Origin: a bacterium | GTDB taxonomy: Bacteria; Eisenbacteria; RBG-16-71-46 | DNA length: 15,570 nt | Assembly (NCBI GenBank): GCA_043779265.1 | Contig: JAYWEM010000188.1 | Location: forward strand, 1 to 15,570 | Reading direction: 5' to 3' | Shown: positions 1 through 8,360 of the stretch, in pieces | Numbering within the stretch: position 1 is the first letter of the stretch | Layout of the letters: each line of letters starts with the position of its first letter | Made by a program: the position numbers and the translations under genes | Notes under the pieces: model-generated | The model's input: the letters and a program-made list of their open reading frames with translations, nothing else | Database searches by the model: none | What the model was told of the DNA's origin: nothing

Positions 1-1088
1 CGAGATTCGTCTCGAGCTTCACGCTGCTGTCCCGCAACTTGCGATCGAGAAGTTCGAGCACCGCGCTCACGGATCCTCCGAGATCGAGTCGCGCGCGGCG
101 CGCCGGCTTGGGCCGCGCGAAGTCGATCATGTCTCGCACGATACGGACGATGCGATCGATCTGCGCGATGATGATGCCGAGATGGCGCTCGGCCGGGTCC
201 TGCCCGGCGTAGCTGCGCTGCAGCGACTCCGCACGACCGCTGATGACATTGAGGGGCGTGCCGATCTCATGGGCGAGGCCGGCCGCGAGTCGCCCGAGAC
301 TCGCCAGCCGCTCGGCACGCTTCAGCCGGCCCTCGACGGTGAGGCGCTCCTCCTGCTCGGCCATCAGCGACCGCTTGGCATTCTCGAGCGCCTCGCACAT
401 GCGATTGAACTCGAGTGACAAAGCGCCCAGCTCGTCGCGACCCCGCACCGGAGCGCGCTCGGGGATGCCATGCGCGTCCACCGCACGGAAACTGCGCACC
501 AGATCGTCGATCGGGCGCACGATGATGAATCGCGTGGCGAGCAGCACGACGAGCGCGGTGGCGATCGCGACGGCCAGGGTCAGCGTCAGCATGAAGTCGC
601 GCGTCGTCTTCGCATCGTGTTCGATGTAGGACTCGAGCTGCAGGACCTGCGCCGCGCCCGCGAGATTCTGGTGGCGGTCGAGCAAGGGCACGATGAACCC
701 GACCGCCGGCTGCGTGTCGAATCGCCGCCGGAACTCGACAGCTCGGCGCGCCGAGCGCGACGCGCAACTCGGGCCAGTTCTCGAACGGATCGCGCTCGAG
801 CGACTTGGTCTCGTAGGTGAGCACGCCGTCGGCATCGAACAGCCGCACGCCGAGCACGCGCTCGTAGCCGCTGATGCGATCGGCGAGCTGGCGCAGGTCC
901 TTGATCTGCCGGTCGCGCAGGTAGTCCTCGGCGGCCAGCTGGATGACGCGCGCGATGGCGCGGCCCTCCTTGGTCAGCTCCTCACGCAGGAGTTCCTCGC
1001 TTTGACGCTGATACAGGTAGCCGAACAGGCCGATCAGCACGACCAGTGGTGCGAGTAGTGCCAGCGTCAGCTTCCACGCGATCCTCAC
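1..1088 (-). CDS. Membrane sensor histidine kinase (TM-periplasmic sensor-TM-HAMP-HisKA; NtrB/AtoS/ZraS-like), frameshifted at about 741-756, 3' end outside the window
   Basis: GTG at 1088 with an AGGAGG SD, overlapping the UDG stop (GTGA). The first frame gives TM1 (WKLTLALLAPLVVLIGLFGYLY) and a sensor region up to ...WPELRVAL. A second frame, which I translated by hand and which stays open to base 1, gives RAVEFRRRFD..., TM2 (FMLTLTLAVAIATALVVLLA), HAMP (RPIDDL...RDELGALSLEFNRM) and the H-box (ERLASLGRLAAGLAHEIGTPLNVI, His at 269-271). Confidence 0.9.
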
Positions 1089-1792
1089 GTGAGCCCTCCT
1101 GAGGCAAGATCCCTCGCCCGATCGAACACAGCGTGCCACATGGTCCGGGTCAGACGTCCGGTCTGCGTGTTCTGCCGACTCGGATGGAAGCTCGCGAGCA
1201 GTACGCGGCCATCGGGCAGCGTCGCCTCGGCCGCATGAGCGAAGCCAGGCCGCTCGCCCGGCGAGAGTCGCTCCCACCAGCCGCTCGCCTTGAGGAACGC
1301 CGCATGCCCGATGCGGCCGAGCGTCACGATGACGCGCAGGCGCTCGAGCAGCGCCATCTCGGCCACCAGATACGGCCGACAGCGCTCGAGCTCGTCGGGC
1401 AGCGGCTTGTTGTCGGGCGGCGCGCAGCGGCCGGCGGCAGCGATGTAGCAGTCGGTCAGCGCGAGATCGTCCGAGCGATGCACCGAGGTGGGCTGATTGG
1501 CGAAGCCGCTCCGGTGCAGCGCCTCGAACAACCAGTCGCCGCTCGAGTCGCCGGTGAACATGCGCCCGGTGCGGTTCGCCCCGTGAGCGCCGGGGGCGAG
1601 CCCGACCAATAGCACCCGAGCCTTCGGGTCACCGAAGCCCGGCACGGGCCGGCCCCAGTAGGTCTCGCTCTGGTAGGCCTTCCGCTTGACGCGAGCCACC
1701 TCGCGGCAGTGGCCGATCAGCCGAGGGCAGGCCTCGCACGAGGTGATCGCGCGGGCCACACCAGTGAGGGTTCGGAACCGTCTCGCACTCAT
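1085..1792 (-). CDS. Uracil-DNA glycosylase, family 5 (UdgB-like, 4Fe-4S)
   Basis: CEACPRL N-terminal Cys motif, YWGRPVPGFGD, GLAPGAHGANRTGRMFTGD (family-5 motif A), RCAPPDNKP and FHPSRQN. The ATG at 1792 overlaps the upstream stop (ATGA); 235 aa. Confidence 0.93.
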   Translation of the reverse strand: MSARRFRTLTGVARAITSCEACPRLIGHCREVARVKRKAYQSETYWGRPVPGFGDPKARVLLVGLAPGAHGANRTGRMFTGDSSGDWLFEALHRSGFANQPTSVHRSDDLALTDCYIAAAGRCAPPDNKPLPDELERCRPYLVAEMALLERLRVIVTLGRIGHAAFLKASGWWERLSPGERPGFAHAAEATLPDGRVLLASFHPSRQNTQTGRLTRTMWHAVFDRARDLASGGLT

Positions 1793-3384
1793 CGGCCGCC
1801 CAACCAGTGCACGCGCCGCACGCTTACGCCTCTTGCGTCCTCGAGACGCGCCAGACGAACGCCTGGAGCTGCGCGGCCGCCGGCGTCGCGCTCGCCTCGC
1901 CACGCGACGGATGTGGCAGCGGTCGAGAGGCGCGTGCCCCAGACTCGGCGGCCGGAGAGGTCGAGCAGTTCGAGCCGCGAGTCGCCGGCGAGTCCGGTCG
2001 CATCGAAGCGCACCACTTCCCGCGCGGGTTGAGGTGTGGCACGAAGCAACGGGCCACTCGTCCCCGTGCCGAGCCCGGTCAGATCACCGCTCAACCGCAG
2101 CAACACGAAACCCCCGGCCACCAGTTCGAGCATCACCTGCGTACCCGCCCCTACTCGGTTGGACGGCAACACATTCCAGCGGTAGACCGAGTCGATCGAC
2201 CAGACGTCGCGCTCGCCGGCGAACCTGAGCGTCGCGGTGCGCGCCACCGCCGAATCCTGATTCGCCACCAGCAGCAACGGCGCCCCGGTGGAGTCGGCGA
2301 ACCAGCCGAGCGCGAGGCGGCCCGACACCTGACCCAGCAGTTCATCCGGGGCGAATGCGGTTCCACCGTCCGGCACCGTGCCCGAGTACTCGGCGGCGAG
2401 CCACGTGGCACCCGCTAGCGTCTCGCCCACCGGCCGGAGCTGTCGATTGAGTGCGCTCACGTGTTCGAAGTGCGGGCTTCGCGCCCCGGTTCCCCACTCG
2501 ATCATGCCGGCGTGCCAATTGAACGCCGAGTCCGGAGCCGGAGTCCAATACGTGAAGTGCCCGATCCCGCGTGCGCCGTGCGCCAGCCATTGCGCCACCT
2601 GCCAGCGCAGCAGTCCTGGCGTGATGGCGCGGAACGAGAGGTGCTGCGTCAGCTGGACGATCCCCCAGAACGGGATGCCGCGCTCGCGTGCGAGCGCGCC
2701 CAATTCCGACGCCGTGGGAATCAGGAACCCGAGGTCGCGGTCGGTGAGGAAGTCGTACTGGTCCGCGCACAGGACCGAGGGATCGACGGTCTCGGCGTAG
2801 GCACGCACGTAGCGGCGCCACCCATCGCGTGTCGCGAACGGGTTCATGCCGAACAGGTTGTTCCACGCGGGGTGTGCAGGATCGAGGGCCCGGAGCAGCG
2901 CGAAGGCCCGTGCCAACCACTCGAAACGGTCCGCAGTGGGCTCATCGCCCAGATCGTATCCGAGCAGCGCGGGGTCGTCTGGGTACGTGGCGATAATCGA
3001 GTCCACAATCGAGTAGGTGGACGGCATGTCGTGGATCATGCGGTCGAACCGCTGGTCGAGGATGAGATTGCGCACGCCGTGCGAACGCGTGAACGAGAGC
3101 CGGTCCTGATTGTCCGCGACCGTGCCCGAGTCCTGCCAGGCCAGCACGGTGACATCGAATCCCGCCTCGGCAAGTTCCGCGTAGCGTTCCGCGGTGGCGA
3201 ACTCGCGAGGCGGGCTCACCCAGCCGAAGAGCGCGAATCGCGGCAGGGAAGCGGTGCCGGGAGGAGCATCGGCTACAGACCGGGATGCGGTCACCGAGCC
3301 GGACCGACGCGCACGATCGCCCCGGAATCCCACTAGAAGCGCGATTGCGGTGAGCCCGAGCGCGATCCGGCGCAGCGCCCTCAC
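1789..3384 (-). CDS. Secreted glycoside-hydrolase-like (TIM-barrel) protein with a C-terminal FlgD-Ig/T9SS-CTD-like domain
   Basis: Probable GTG at 3384 followed by a signal-like RALRRIALGLTAIALLVG. GYDLGDEP and AHGARGIGHFTYW resemble clan GH-A barrel motifs. The C-terminus LRATPQP...LELLDLSGRRV...WRGERDAGGRAAPGV is FlgD-Ig-like. The start codon is uncertain; the ORF-track extension to 3621 overlaps the transporter gene. Confidence 0.7.
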   Translation of the reverse strand: MRALRRIALGLTAIALLVGFRGDRARRSGSVTASRSVADAPPGTASLPRFALFGWVSPPREFATAERYAELAEAGFDVTVLAWQDSGTVADNQDRLSFTRSHGVRNLILDQRFDRMIHDMPSTYSIVDSIIATYPDDPALLGYDLGDEPTADRFEWLARAFALLRALDPAHPAWNNLFGMNPFATRDGWRRYVRAYAETVDPSVLCADQYDFLTDRDLGFLIPTASELGALARERGIPFWGIVQLTQHLSFRAITPGLLRWQVAQWLAHGARGIGHFTYWTPAPDSAFNWHAGMIEWGTGARSPHFEHVSALNRQLRPVGETLAGATWLAAEYSGTVPDGGTAFAPDELLGQVSGRLALGWFADSTGAPLLLVANQDSAVARTATLRFAGERDVWSIDSVYRWNVLPSNRVGAGTQVMLELVAGGFVLLRLSGDLTGLGTGTSGPLLRATPQPAREVVRFDATGLAGDSRLELLDLSGRRVWGTRLSTAATSVAWRGERDAGGRAAPGVRLARLEDARGVSVRRVHWLGGR

Positions 3385-3405
3385 GCCTCCGCCCCGATCG
3401 CAACC

Positions 3406-3434
3406 TTGAAAGCTCTCGCATGCTCCACTAGCTT
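3406..3434 (+). promoter_or_regulatory. Putative sigma70 promoter for the APC transporter (probably a leaderless mRNA)
   Basis: TTGAAA (3406-3411), a 17-nt spacer, TAGCTT (3429-3434), then 7 nt to the ATG at 3442, with no SD. Confidence 0.55.
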
Positions 3435-3441
3435 CCCCCGG

Positions 3442-5421
3442 ATGCTCGAACGATTGCGGGGCCTCATCATCGGTGGTCGGAAGAACCTGTTCGACCCCAA
3501 GATCCATCATCAGATGGCCCTCATCGCATTCTTCGCGTGGGTCGGCCTCGGTTCCGACGGACTCTCCTCGTCGGCTTACGGCCCCGAAGAGGCCTACCTC
3601 GCCCTCGGCCAGCACACGCACCTGGCACTCTACCTGACCATCGCCATGGTGCTCACCGTCTTCCTGATCTCGGCCTCCTACAGCCAGATCATCGAGCTGT
3701 TCCCGAGCGGCGGTGGCGGCTATCTGGTGGCCACCAAGCTGTTGGGCAACGGGCCGGGCGTCATCTCGGGTGGCGCACTCGTCGTGGACTACGTGCTGAC
3801 GATCGGCATCTCGGTCGCCTCCGGTGTCGACTCGATCTTCTCGTTCATACCCTTGGGCTATCAGGGTGCCAAGTTACCCGTGGAGATATTCGTCGTCCTC
3901 GGACTCACTGCGCTCAATCTACGAGGCGTCAAGGAGTCGGTGAAGGTCCTGCTGCCGATCTTCCTGCTCTTCATGCTCACGCATATCGGGTTGATCGCGA
4001 TCGGAATCCTGACCCACTTGGACGGCGCCTCGCATCTGATCGCCGACACCGCCGCCGACACCCGCCTCGCCACCGCCGAACTCGGGCTGCTCGGCGTGTT
4101 CGCGCTGTTCCTCAAGGCGTTCTCCCTGGGCGGCGGCACGTTCACCGGAATCGAGGCCGTGTCCAACTCGACCGGCATGTTGCGCGAGCCGCGCGTCGTG
4201 ACCGGCAAGCGCACCATGATGTACATGGCGATCTCGCTCGCCTTCACGGCCGGCGGCATCCTGCTGTGCTACCAGTTGAACAACGTGCAGCACGAGGCCG
4301 GCCGCACGCTCAATGCCTCACTGTGGTCGATCATCACGCAGGGCTGGGCGATCGGCGGCTTCCCAGTCGGCGAGTGGATCGTCGTCGGCACCCTGCTCGC
4401 CACCGGAGCCCTGCTGTTCGTGGCGGCGCAGACCGGGTTCATCGCGGGCCCCGCGACCCTGGCGGCCATGGCCGTCGACCAGTGGGTGCCCAAGCGATTC
4501 GCGCATCTCTCGGAGCGGCTCGTCACCCAGAACGGCGTGGTGGCGATGGGTCTCGCGGCGGCGGCGACGCTGATCTACACCGGCGGCTCGGTCAAGATCC
4601 TCGTCGTCATGTACTCGATCAACGTGTTCCTCACGTTCACCCTGTCGCAGCTCGGCATGGTGCGCCACTGGTGGATCACACGCGCCAATCAGGAGCACTG
4701 GCGCCGGCGCATCGTCGTCGCCTCGCTCGGCACCTTGGTCACCGCCGGAATTCTCGCGACGACCGTGGTGTTCAAGTTCACGCAGGGCGGCTGGATCACG
4801 CTGATCGTGACGGGCGGCTTCGTCGGCTTGTGCGTGGTCGTTCGGCGCCACTACGAGCGCGTACGCAATGTGCTCAAGAGCCTCGACGATGTGCTCTCCG
4901 ACCTGCCCATGCCCGATCGCGATCAGGCACCCGAGTTGGCGCCCGACGGCCCCACCGCGATCGTGCTGGTGGAATCCTACGCGGGGCTCGGCATCCACAC
5001 GCTGCTCACCGTGGTGCGCATGTTCCCGCGCCACTTCAAGAACATCGTGTTCGTATCGGTGGGTCTGGTGGATTCGGGCCAGTTCAAGGGCGTCGAGAGC
5101 GTCGAGGCGCTGGAGGACAAGGTGCGCGGCAACCTGGAGCAGTACGTGGACCTGGCGCAGCGCATGGGCTTCTACGCCGAGTACCGCTTCACGTTGGGCA
5201 CTGACCTGATCGACGAGCTGGATCACATCTGCCAGGACCTGCAGCGCGAGTTCCGTCGCTCGATGGTGTTCGCGGGACAGTTGGTGTTCCAGCGCGAGAC
5301 CGTGCTGACGCGCGCGCTGCACCACGAGACCGCATTCTCCATCCAGCGCCGGCTCCAGTTCGCGGGCATCCAGGTGATCATCCTGCCGATCCGCGTCTGG
5401 GAACCACAGAAGCGCGCATGA
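3442..5421 (+). CDS. APC-superfamily transporter of the KimA/YdaO type (probable K+/H+ symporter)
   Basis: Many TM segments. GSDGLSSSAYGPEE, FPSGGGGY, LVVDYVLT, FTGIEAVSN and VVMYSINVF match KimA/YdaO-type motifs, including the acidic and Tyr residues. Soluble C-terminal domain; 659 aa. Confidence 0.82.
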   Translation: MLERLRGLIIGGRKNLFDPKIHHQMALIAFFAWVGLGSDGLSSSAYGPEEAYLALGQHTHLALYLTIAMVLTVFLISASYSQIIELFPSGGGGYLVATKLLGNGPGVISGGALVVDYVLTIGISVASGVDSIFSFIPLGYQGAKLPVEIFVVLGLTALNLRGVKESVKVLLPIFLLFMLTHIGLIAIGILTHLDGASHLIADTAADTRLATAELGLLGVFALFLKAFSLGGGTFTGIEAVSNSTGMLREPRVVTGKRTMMYMAISLAFTAGGILLCYQLNNVQHEAGRTLNASLWSIITQGWAIGGFPVGEWIVVGTLLATGALLFVAAQTGFIAGPATLAAMAVDQWVPKRFAHLSERLVTQNGVVAMGLAAAATLIYTGGSVKILVVMYSINVFLTFTLSQLGMVRHWWITRANQEHWRRRIVVASLGTLVTAGILATTVVFKFTQGGWITLIVTGGFVGLCVVVRRHYERVRNVLKSLDDVLSDLPMPDRDQAPELAPDGPTAIVLVESYAGLGIHTLLTVVRMFPRHFKNIVFVSVGLVDSGQFKGVESVEALEDKVRGNLEQYVDLAQRMGFYAEYRFTLGTDLIDELDHICQDLQREFRRSMVFAGQLVFQRETVLTRALHHETAFSIQRRLQFAGIQVIILPIRVWEPQKRA

Positions 5422-5473
5422 ACGTGCGCCGGACATCGGTCCGGCGAAGGGCTATCGCCGTGAGGAGGCTGTC

Positions 5474-6247
5474 ATGCTGAGCATCGATCTGTCGGGACGG
5501 CACGCGCTGGTGCTGGGTGTGGCCAACCATCGCAGCCTCGCGTGGGCGATCGCGCAGCAGCTGCACGCCGCGGGCGCGACGCTGTGTCTGACCTACGCCG
5601 GCGAGCGGCTTCAGAAGGGCGTCGAGGAAATGGCCGCCACCATGCCCGGCACGGTGACGCTGCCGATGGACGTGACCAAGGACGACGAGGTGGTGGCCGT
5701 GGCCAAGGACCTCGAGGCGCGCTGGGGCTCGGTTGAGATGCTGGTGCACGGCGTCGCCTATGCGAACAAGGAGGACCTGGAGGGCAGCTTCCTCGCCACC
5801 TCGCGCGAGGGCTTCCGCCTGGCGCTCGAGGTGAGTGCCTACTCGCTGCTGCACGTGACGCACCACCTGCAGCCGCTGATGGAGAAGCGAGGCGGCAGCA
5901 TCGTGTCGCTCACCTACCTCGCCGCCGAGCGCGCCGTGCCGAGTTACAACGTGATGGGCAGCGCGAAGGCCGTGCTGGAGCAGATGACGCGCCAGATGGC
6001 GATGGAGCTGGGCCCCAAGAACATCCGCGTCAACGCCGTGAGCGCGGGTCCCGTGAACACGCTGGCTGCCCGCGGCATCCGCGGGTTCACCGACAAGCTG
6101 AAGGAACACGCCAGCAAGGCCGCGCTGCAGCGCAACGTGACCAAGGAGGAAGTGGGCACGGCCGGACTGTTCCTGCTCTCCGACCTGGCGGGCGGCATCA
6201 CCGGCGAAGTGCTCTACGTGGACGCGGGCTACCGGATCATGGCGTAG
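5474..6247 (+). CDS. fabI: Enoyl-ACP reductase (NADH)
   Basis: GVANHRSLAWAIA, EVSAYSL, LTYLAAERAVPSYNVMGSAKA (Yx6K), RVNAVSAGPVNTLAA and ITGEVLYVDAG; GAGGAGG SD upstream. Confidence 0.95.
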   Translation: MLSIDLSGRHALVLGVANHRSLAWAIAQQLHAAGATLCLTYAGERLQKGVEEMAATMPGTVTLPMDVTKDDEVVAVAKDLEARWGSVEMLVHGVAYANKEDLEGSFLATSREGFRLALEVSAYSLLHVTHHLQPLMEKRGGSIVSLTYLAAERAVPSYNVMGSAKAVLEQMTRQMAMELGPKNIRVNAVSAGPVNTLAARGIRGFTDKLKEHASKAALQRNVTKEEVGTAGLFLLSDLAGGITGEVLYVDAGYRIMA

Positions 6248-6266
6248 GAGCGGCACTCGGCCGCTC
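6248..6266. terminator. Short hairpin between convergent fabI and the barrel gene (possible bidirectional terminator)
   Basis: GAGCGGC-ACTCG-GCCGCTC, a 7-bp perfect stem directly after the fabI stop; no U-tract. Confidence 0.4.
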
Positions 6267-6273
6267 GTGCCCC

Positions 6274-7839
6274 CTACAATCGGCTCGTCACCCTCAACTC
6301 CGCCCCTTCGAGCGACTGCACCTCGTAGCAGGTGCCGCTCACGCAGGCGCGGCCGCCGCGGCGGCGGCCGGCGAAGAGTTCGACCTCATGGTGCGGGCCG
6401 ATGCGCGCCGCCAGCGTCAGGCCCGCGAAGATCGCCGAGGGCGCGGTGGGCTCGCCGAACAGATCCGCGGGGCGATCGATCGGATCGGTCGTGCGCGTGA
6501 GCAACAGGCCGGCCGTCCCCCACCCGGCGCGTGTCACCGAGAGCGTCACCGCCTGGTCCTCGTGGCCGAGCGAGGGACCGAAGAAGCCGGTGCGCACGAC
6601 CCGCTGCCGTTCGTAGGCGGCCTCGGCCGAGAGCGCGTGCGGCAGTCGGGAGGTCGCGGCGAAGCCGAAGGCGTGCCGGTCGGTGATGAAGTCCCAGGTG
6701 TCGAGCCCCGAGGCGCTGTAGGCCCGCAACTCCCAACTGTCGGCCGCGGGCGGCGCCACGCTCAACTCGATGAAGCGCTCCTCGAAGAAGAGCCGCCGCA
6801 CGCCCGGCTTGCCGTCGGCGCGCGACAGATTGGCGACGCCGCTCACCCAGGGTCCGACGGGGCCAGCCAGTTCCAGCAGCACGCCCTCCTCGCCCTCGGC
6901 GTCGAGCAGGTGCGTGTTGCGATTGAGCAGGTTCCAGCTGTGCTCGCGCACGAGCGCCGGTGGATCGTTGGTGCCGAGGCGGAAGCCCGAGTAGTCCTTG
7001 GCCTCGGCGATGAGCGAGTAACGCCCCCACAGCACGCCGAGGCTGGCGTAGAGCGCGTGCGGCGCATCGTCGCCTCGCCTCAGCCTCCACCCATCGGCGA
7101 AGTCGGCGTCCTGCTTCGCGAACTCGACGTAGGCGGGCAGAGCGACTTGGGGGAGGCCCGTGAGCGTGGCGAGATCGGCGCCGAGGAATCCCGAGCCGAG
7201 GTGGAGATCCGGGGCATCGCCGAAGGCGAACCGCGAGAACGTCAGTCCGGTGCGCACATCGCGCGGCAGCGTCAATTGCGCCTGGCCACCCTGCAGCACC
7301 CCCTGATAACGGCTCGCACCTTGCGCCTCGGTCGCGGGCGACACGGTGGCATCGGTGGGGCGTCCGGCGAACGCGCGCAGCGAGAGAGCGCCAACCGAGC
7401 CCTCGGCGAGCACACCGTCCACATCACGCGAGGCGGCGAAGCGCGTGCGCGTGCCGGACTCGTCGTAGACGACACCCGGCAGTTCGAAGGAGCGATGCAC
7501 GAGGCCGCGACCCAGGATGGTCTCGAACTGCCCCACGCGCAGTCGCGTGTGCTCGTCGCGCCATTCCACCCAGCGCTGCGTGACGGCATCGTAGCTGGCG
7601 AGCCGGCCACCGAGCGGCGAGTCATCCGAGGTCCGCTCGGTCTCGAACCGGAGTCCACCGCTCCAACGATCCTGCGCGTAGCTGGCGTTCAACTGGTCGT
7701 AGATGGCGACACGGTCGCGAGGCGTGGTGTACAGGCGCTCGCCCGCCTGCGCCAGCAGGAGATTGGTGATCGAGAGCTGCGCGTGGGCCGGAGCAGCCGA
7801 GCCGAGCACAAGTGCGAGCGACGCCCACCAGCGCTTCAA
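6274..7839 (-). CDS. DUF6029-like outer-membrane beta-barrel protein
   Basis: Signal peptide (MKRWWASLALVLGSAAPAHA) and many amphipathic strands. VGQFETILGRGLVHRSFE, AKDY...NDPPALVREH and the C-terminal GRRRGGRACVSGTCYEV...GAELRVTSRL resemble DUF6029 as I remember it. The TTG start overlaps the TlpA stop. Confidence 0.75.
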   Translation of the reverse strand: MKRWWASLALVLGSAAPAHAQLSITNLLLAQAGERLYTTPRDRVAIYDQLNASYAQDRWSGGLRFETERTSDDSPLGGRLASYDAVTQRWVEWRDEHTRLRVGQFETILGRGLVHRSFELPGVVYDESGTRTRFAASRDVDGVLAEGSVGALSLRAFAGRPTDATVSPATEAQGASRYQGVLQGGQAQLTLPRDVRTGLTFSRFAFGDAPDLHLGSGFLGADLATLTGLPQVALPAYVEFAKQDADFADGWRLRRGDDAPHALYASLGVLWGRYSLIAEAKDYSGFRLGTNDPPALVREHSWNLLNRNTHLLDAEGEEGVLLELAGPVGPWVSGVANLSRADGKPGVRRLFFEERFIELSVAPPAADSWELRAYSASGLDTWDFITDRHAFGFAATSRLPHALSAEAAYERQRVVRTGFFGPSLGHEDQAVTLSVTRAGWGTAGLLLTRTTDPIDRPADLFGEPTAPSAIFAGLTLAARIGPHHEVELFAGRRRGGRACVSGTCYEVQSLEGAELRVTSRL

Positions 7840-8360
7840 TGAGCCCCCGGCTGAACGTCGCCCAGCAGTGCATCCACGGCGGCCCGGAGCGAATCCTCCT
7901 CGGCCGGGTGGAAGCCGCTGTGCGTGCGCACGATCCGGCCATCTTGCGCGATCAGCACGCTCGTCGGCACCGCCTGCACCTTGAAGCGACGAGCGAGCGA
8001 GCCGTCCTCATCGATCACGATCGGGAACGTCAGCCCGAGACGCGCGGCGAACGGCCGCACACGCGCCCAGTTGCGCGGACCATCGATGCTCACCCCCACC
8101 ACGCTGATACCGCGCTCGCGGGCGCGCTGGTGCAGGCGCTCGAGCGCGGGCAGCGAGTGCTCGCACGGCCGGCACCACGTGGCCCAGAAGTCGAGCAGCA
8201 CCGGGCCCTTGGCGAGCGAGTCATCGAGCGCGATCGTGGCGCCGGTCACGCTGCGCAGTGAGCGCCCCGAGAACGGACCCTTGTCGGCTGCCTGGAGAGG
8301 CGACCATGAACCCACGGCGGCCGCGATCAGGATCGATGCGGCGAACGTGCGACCGATCAT
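7836..8360 (-). CDS. Periplasmic TlpA/ResA-family thiol-disulfide oxidoreductase
   Basis: Signal peptide, VLLDFWATWCRPC active site, VVGVSID and the VPTSVLI cis-Pro loop; ATGA overlap with the upstream gene. Confidence 0.92.
   Translation of the reverse strand: MIGRTFAASILIAAAVGSWSPLQAADKGPFSGRSLRSVTGATIALDDSLAKGPVLLDFWATWCRPCEHSLPALERLHQRARERGISVVGVSIDGPRNWARVRPFAARLGLTFPIVIDEDGSLARRFKVQAVPTSVLIAQDGRIVRTHSGFHPAEEDSLRAAVDALLGDVQPGAH

Noticed and set aside
267..740. C-terminal half of the listed 336-aa ORF 267-1277
   Set aside because: Out-of-frame read-through after the kinase frameshift; the real kinase sequence is in another frame.
3537..5436. Long alternative ORFs 3537-5204 (+) and 4318-5436 (-)
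   Set aside because: Shadow frames of the transporter; Arg/His-rich with no motifs, as expected from GC3 bias.
5378..7842. Antisense ORFs 5378-6256 and 6388-7842
   Set aside because: Mirror frames of fabI and the barrel gene, with no independent coding signal.
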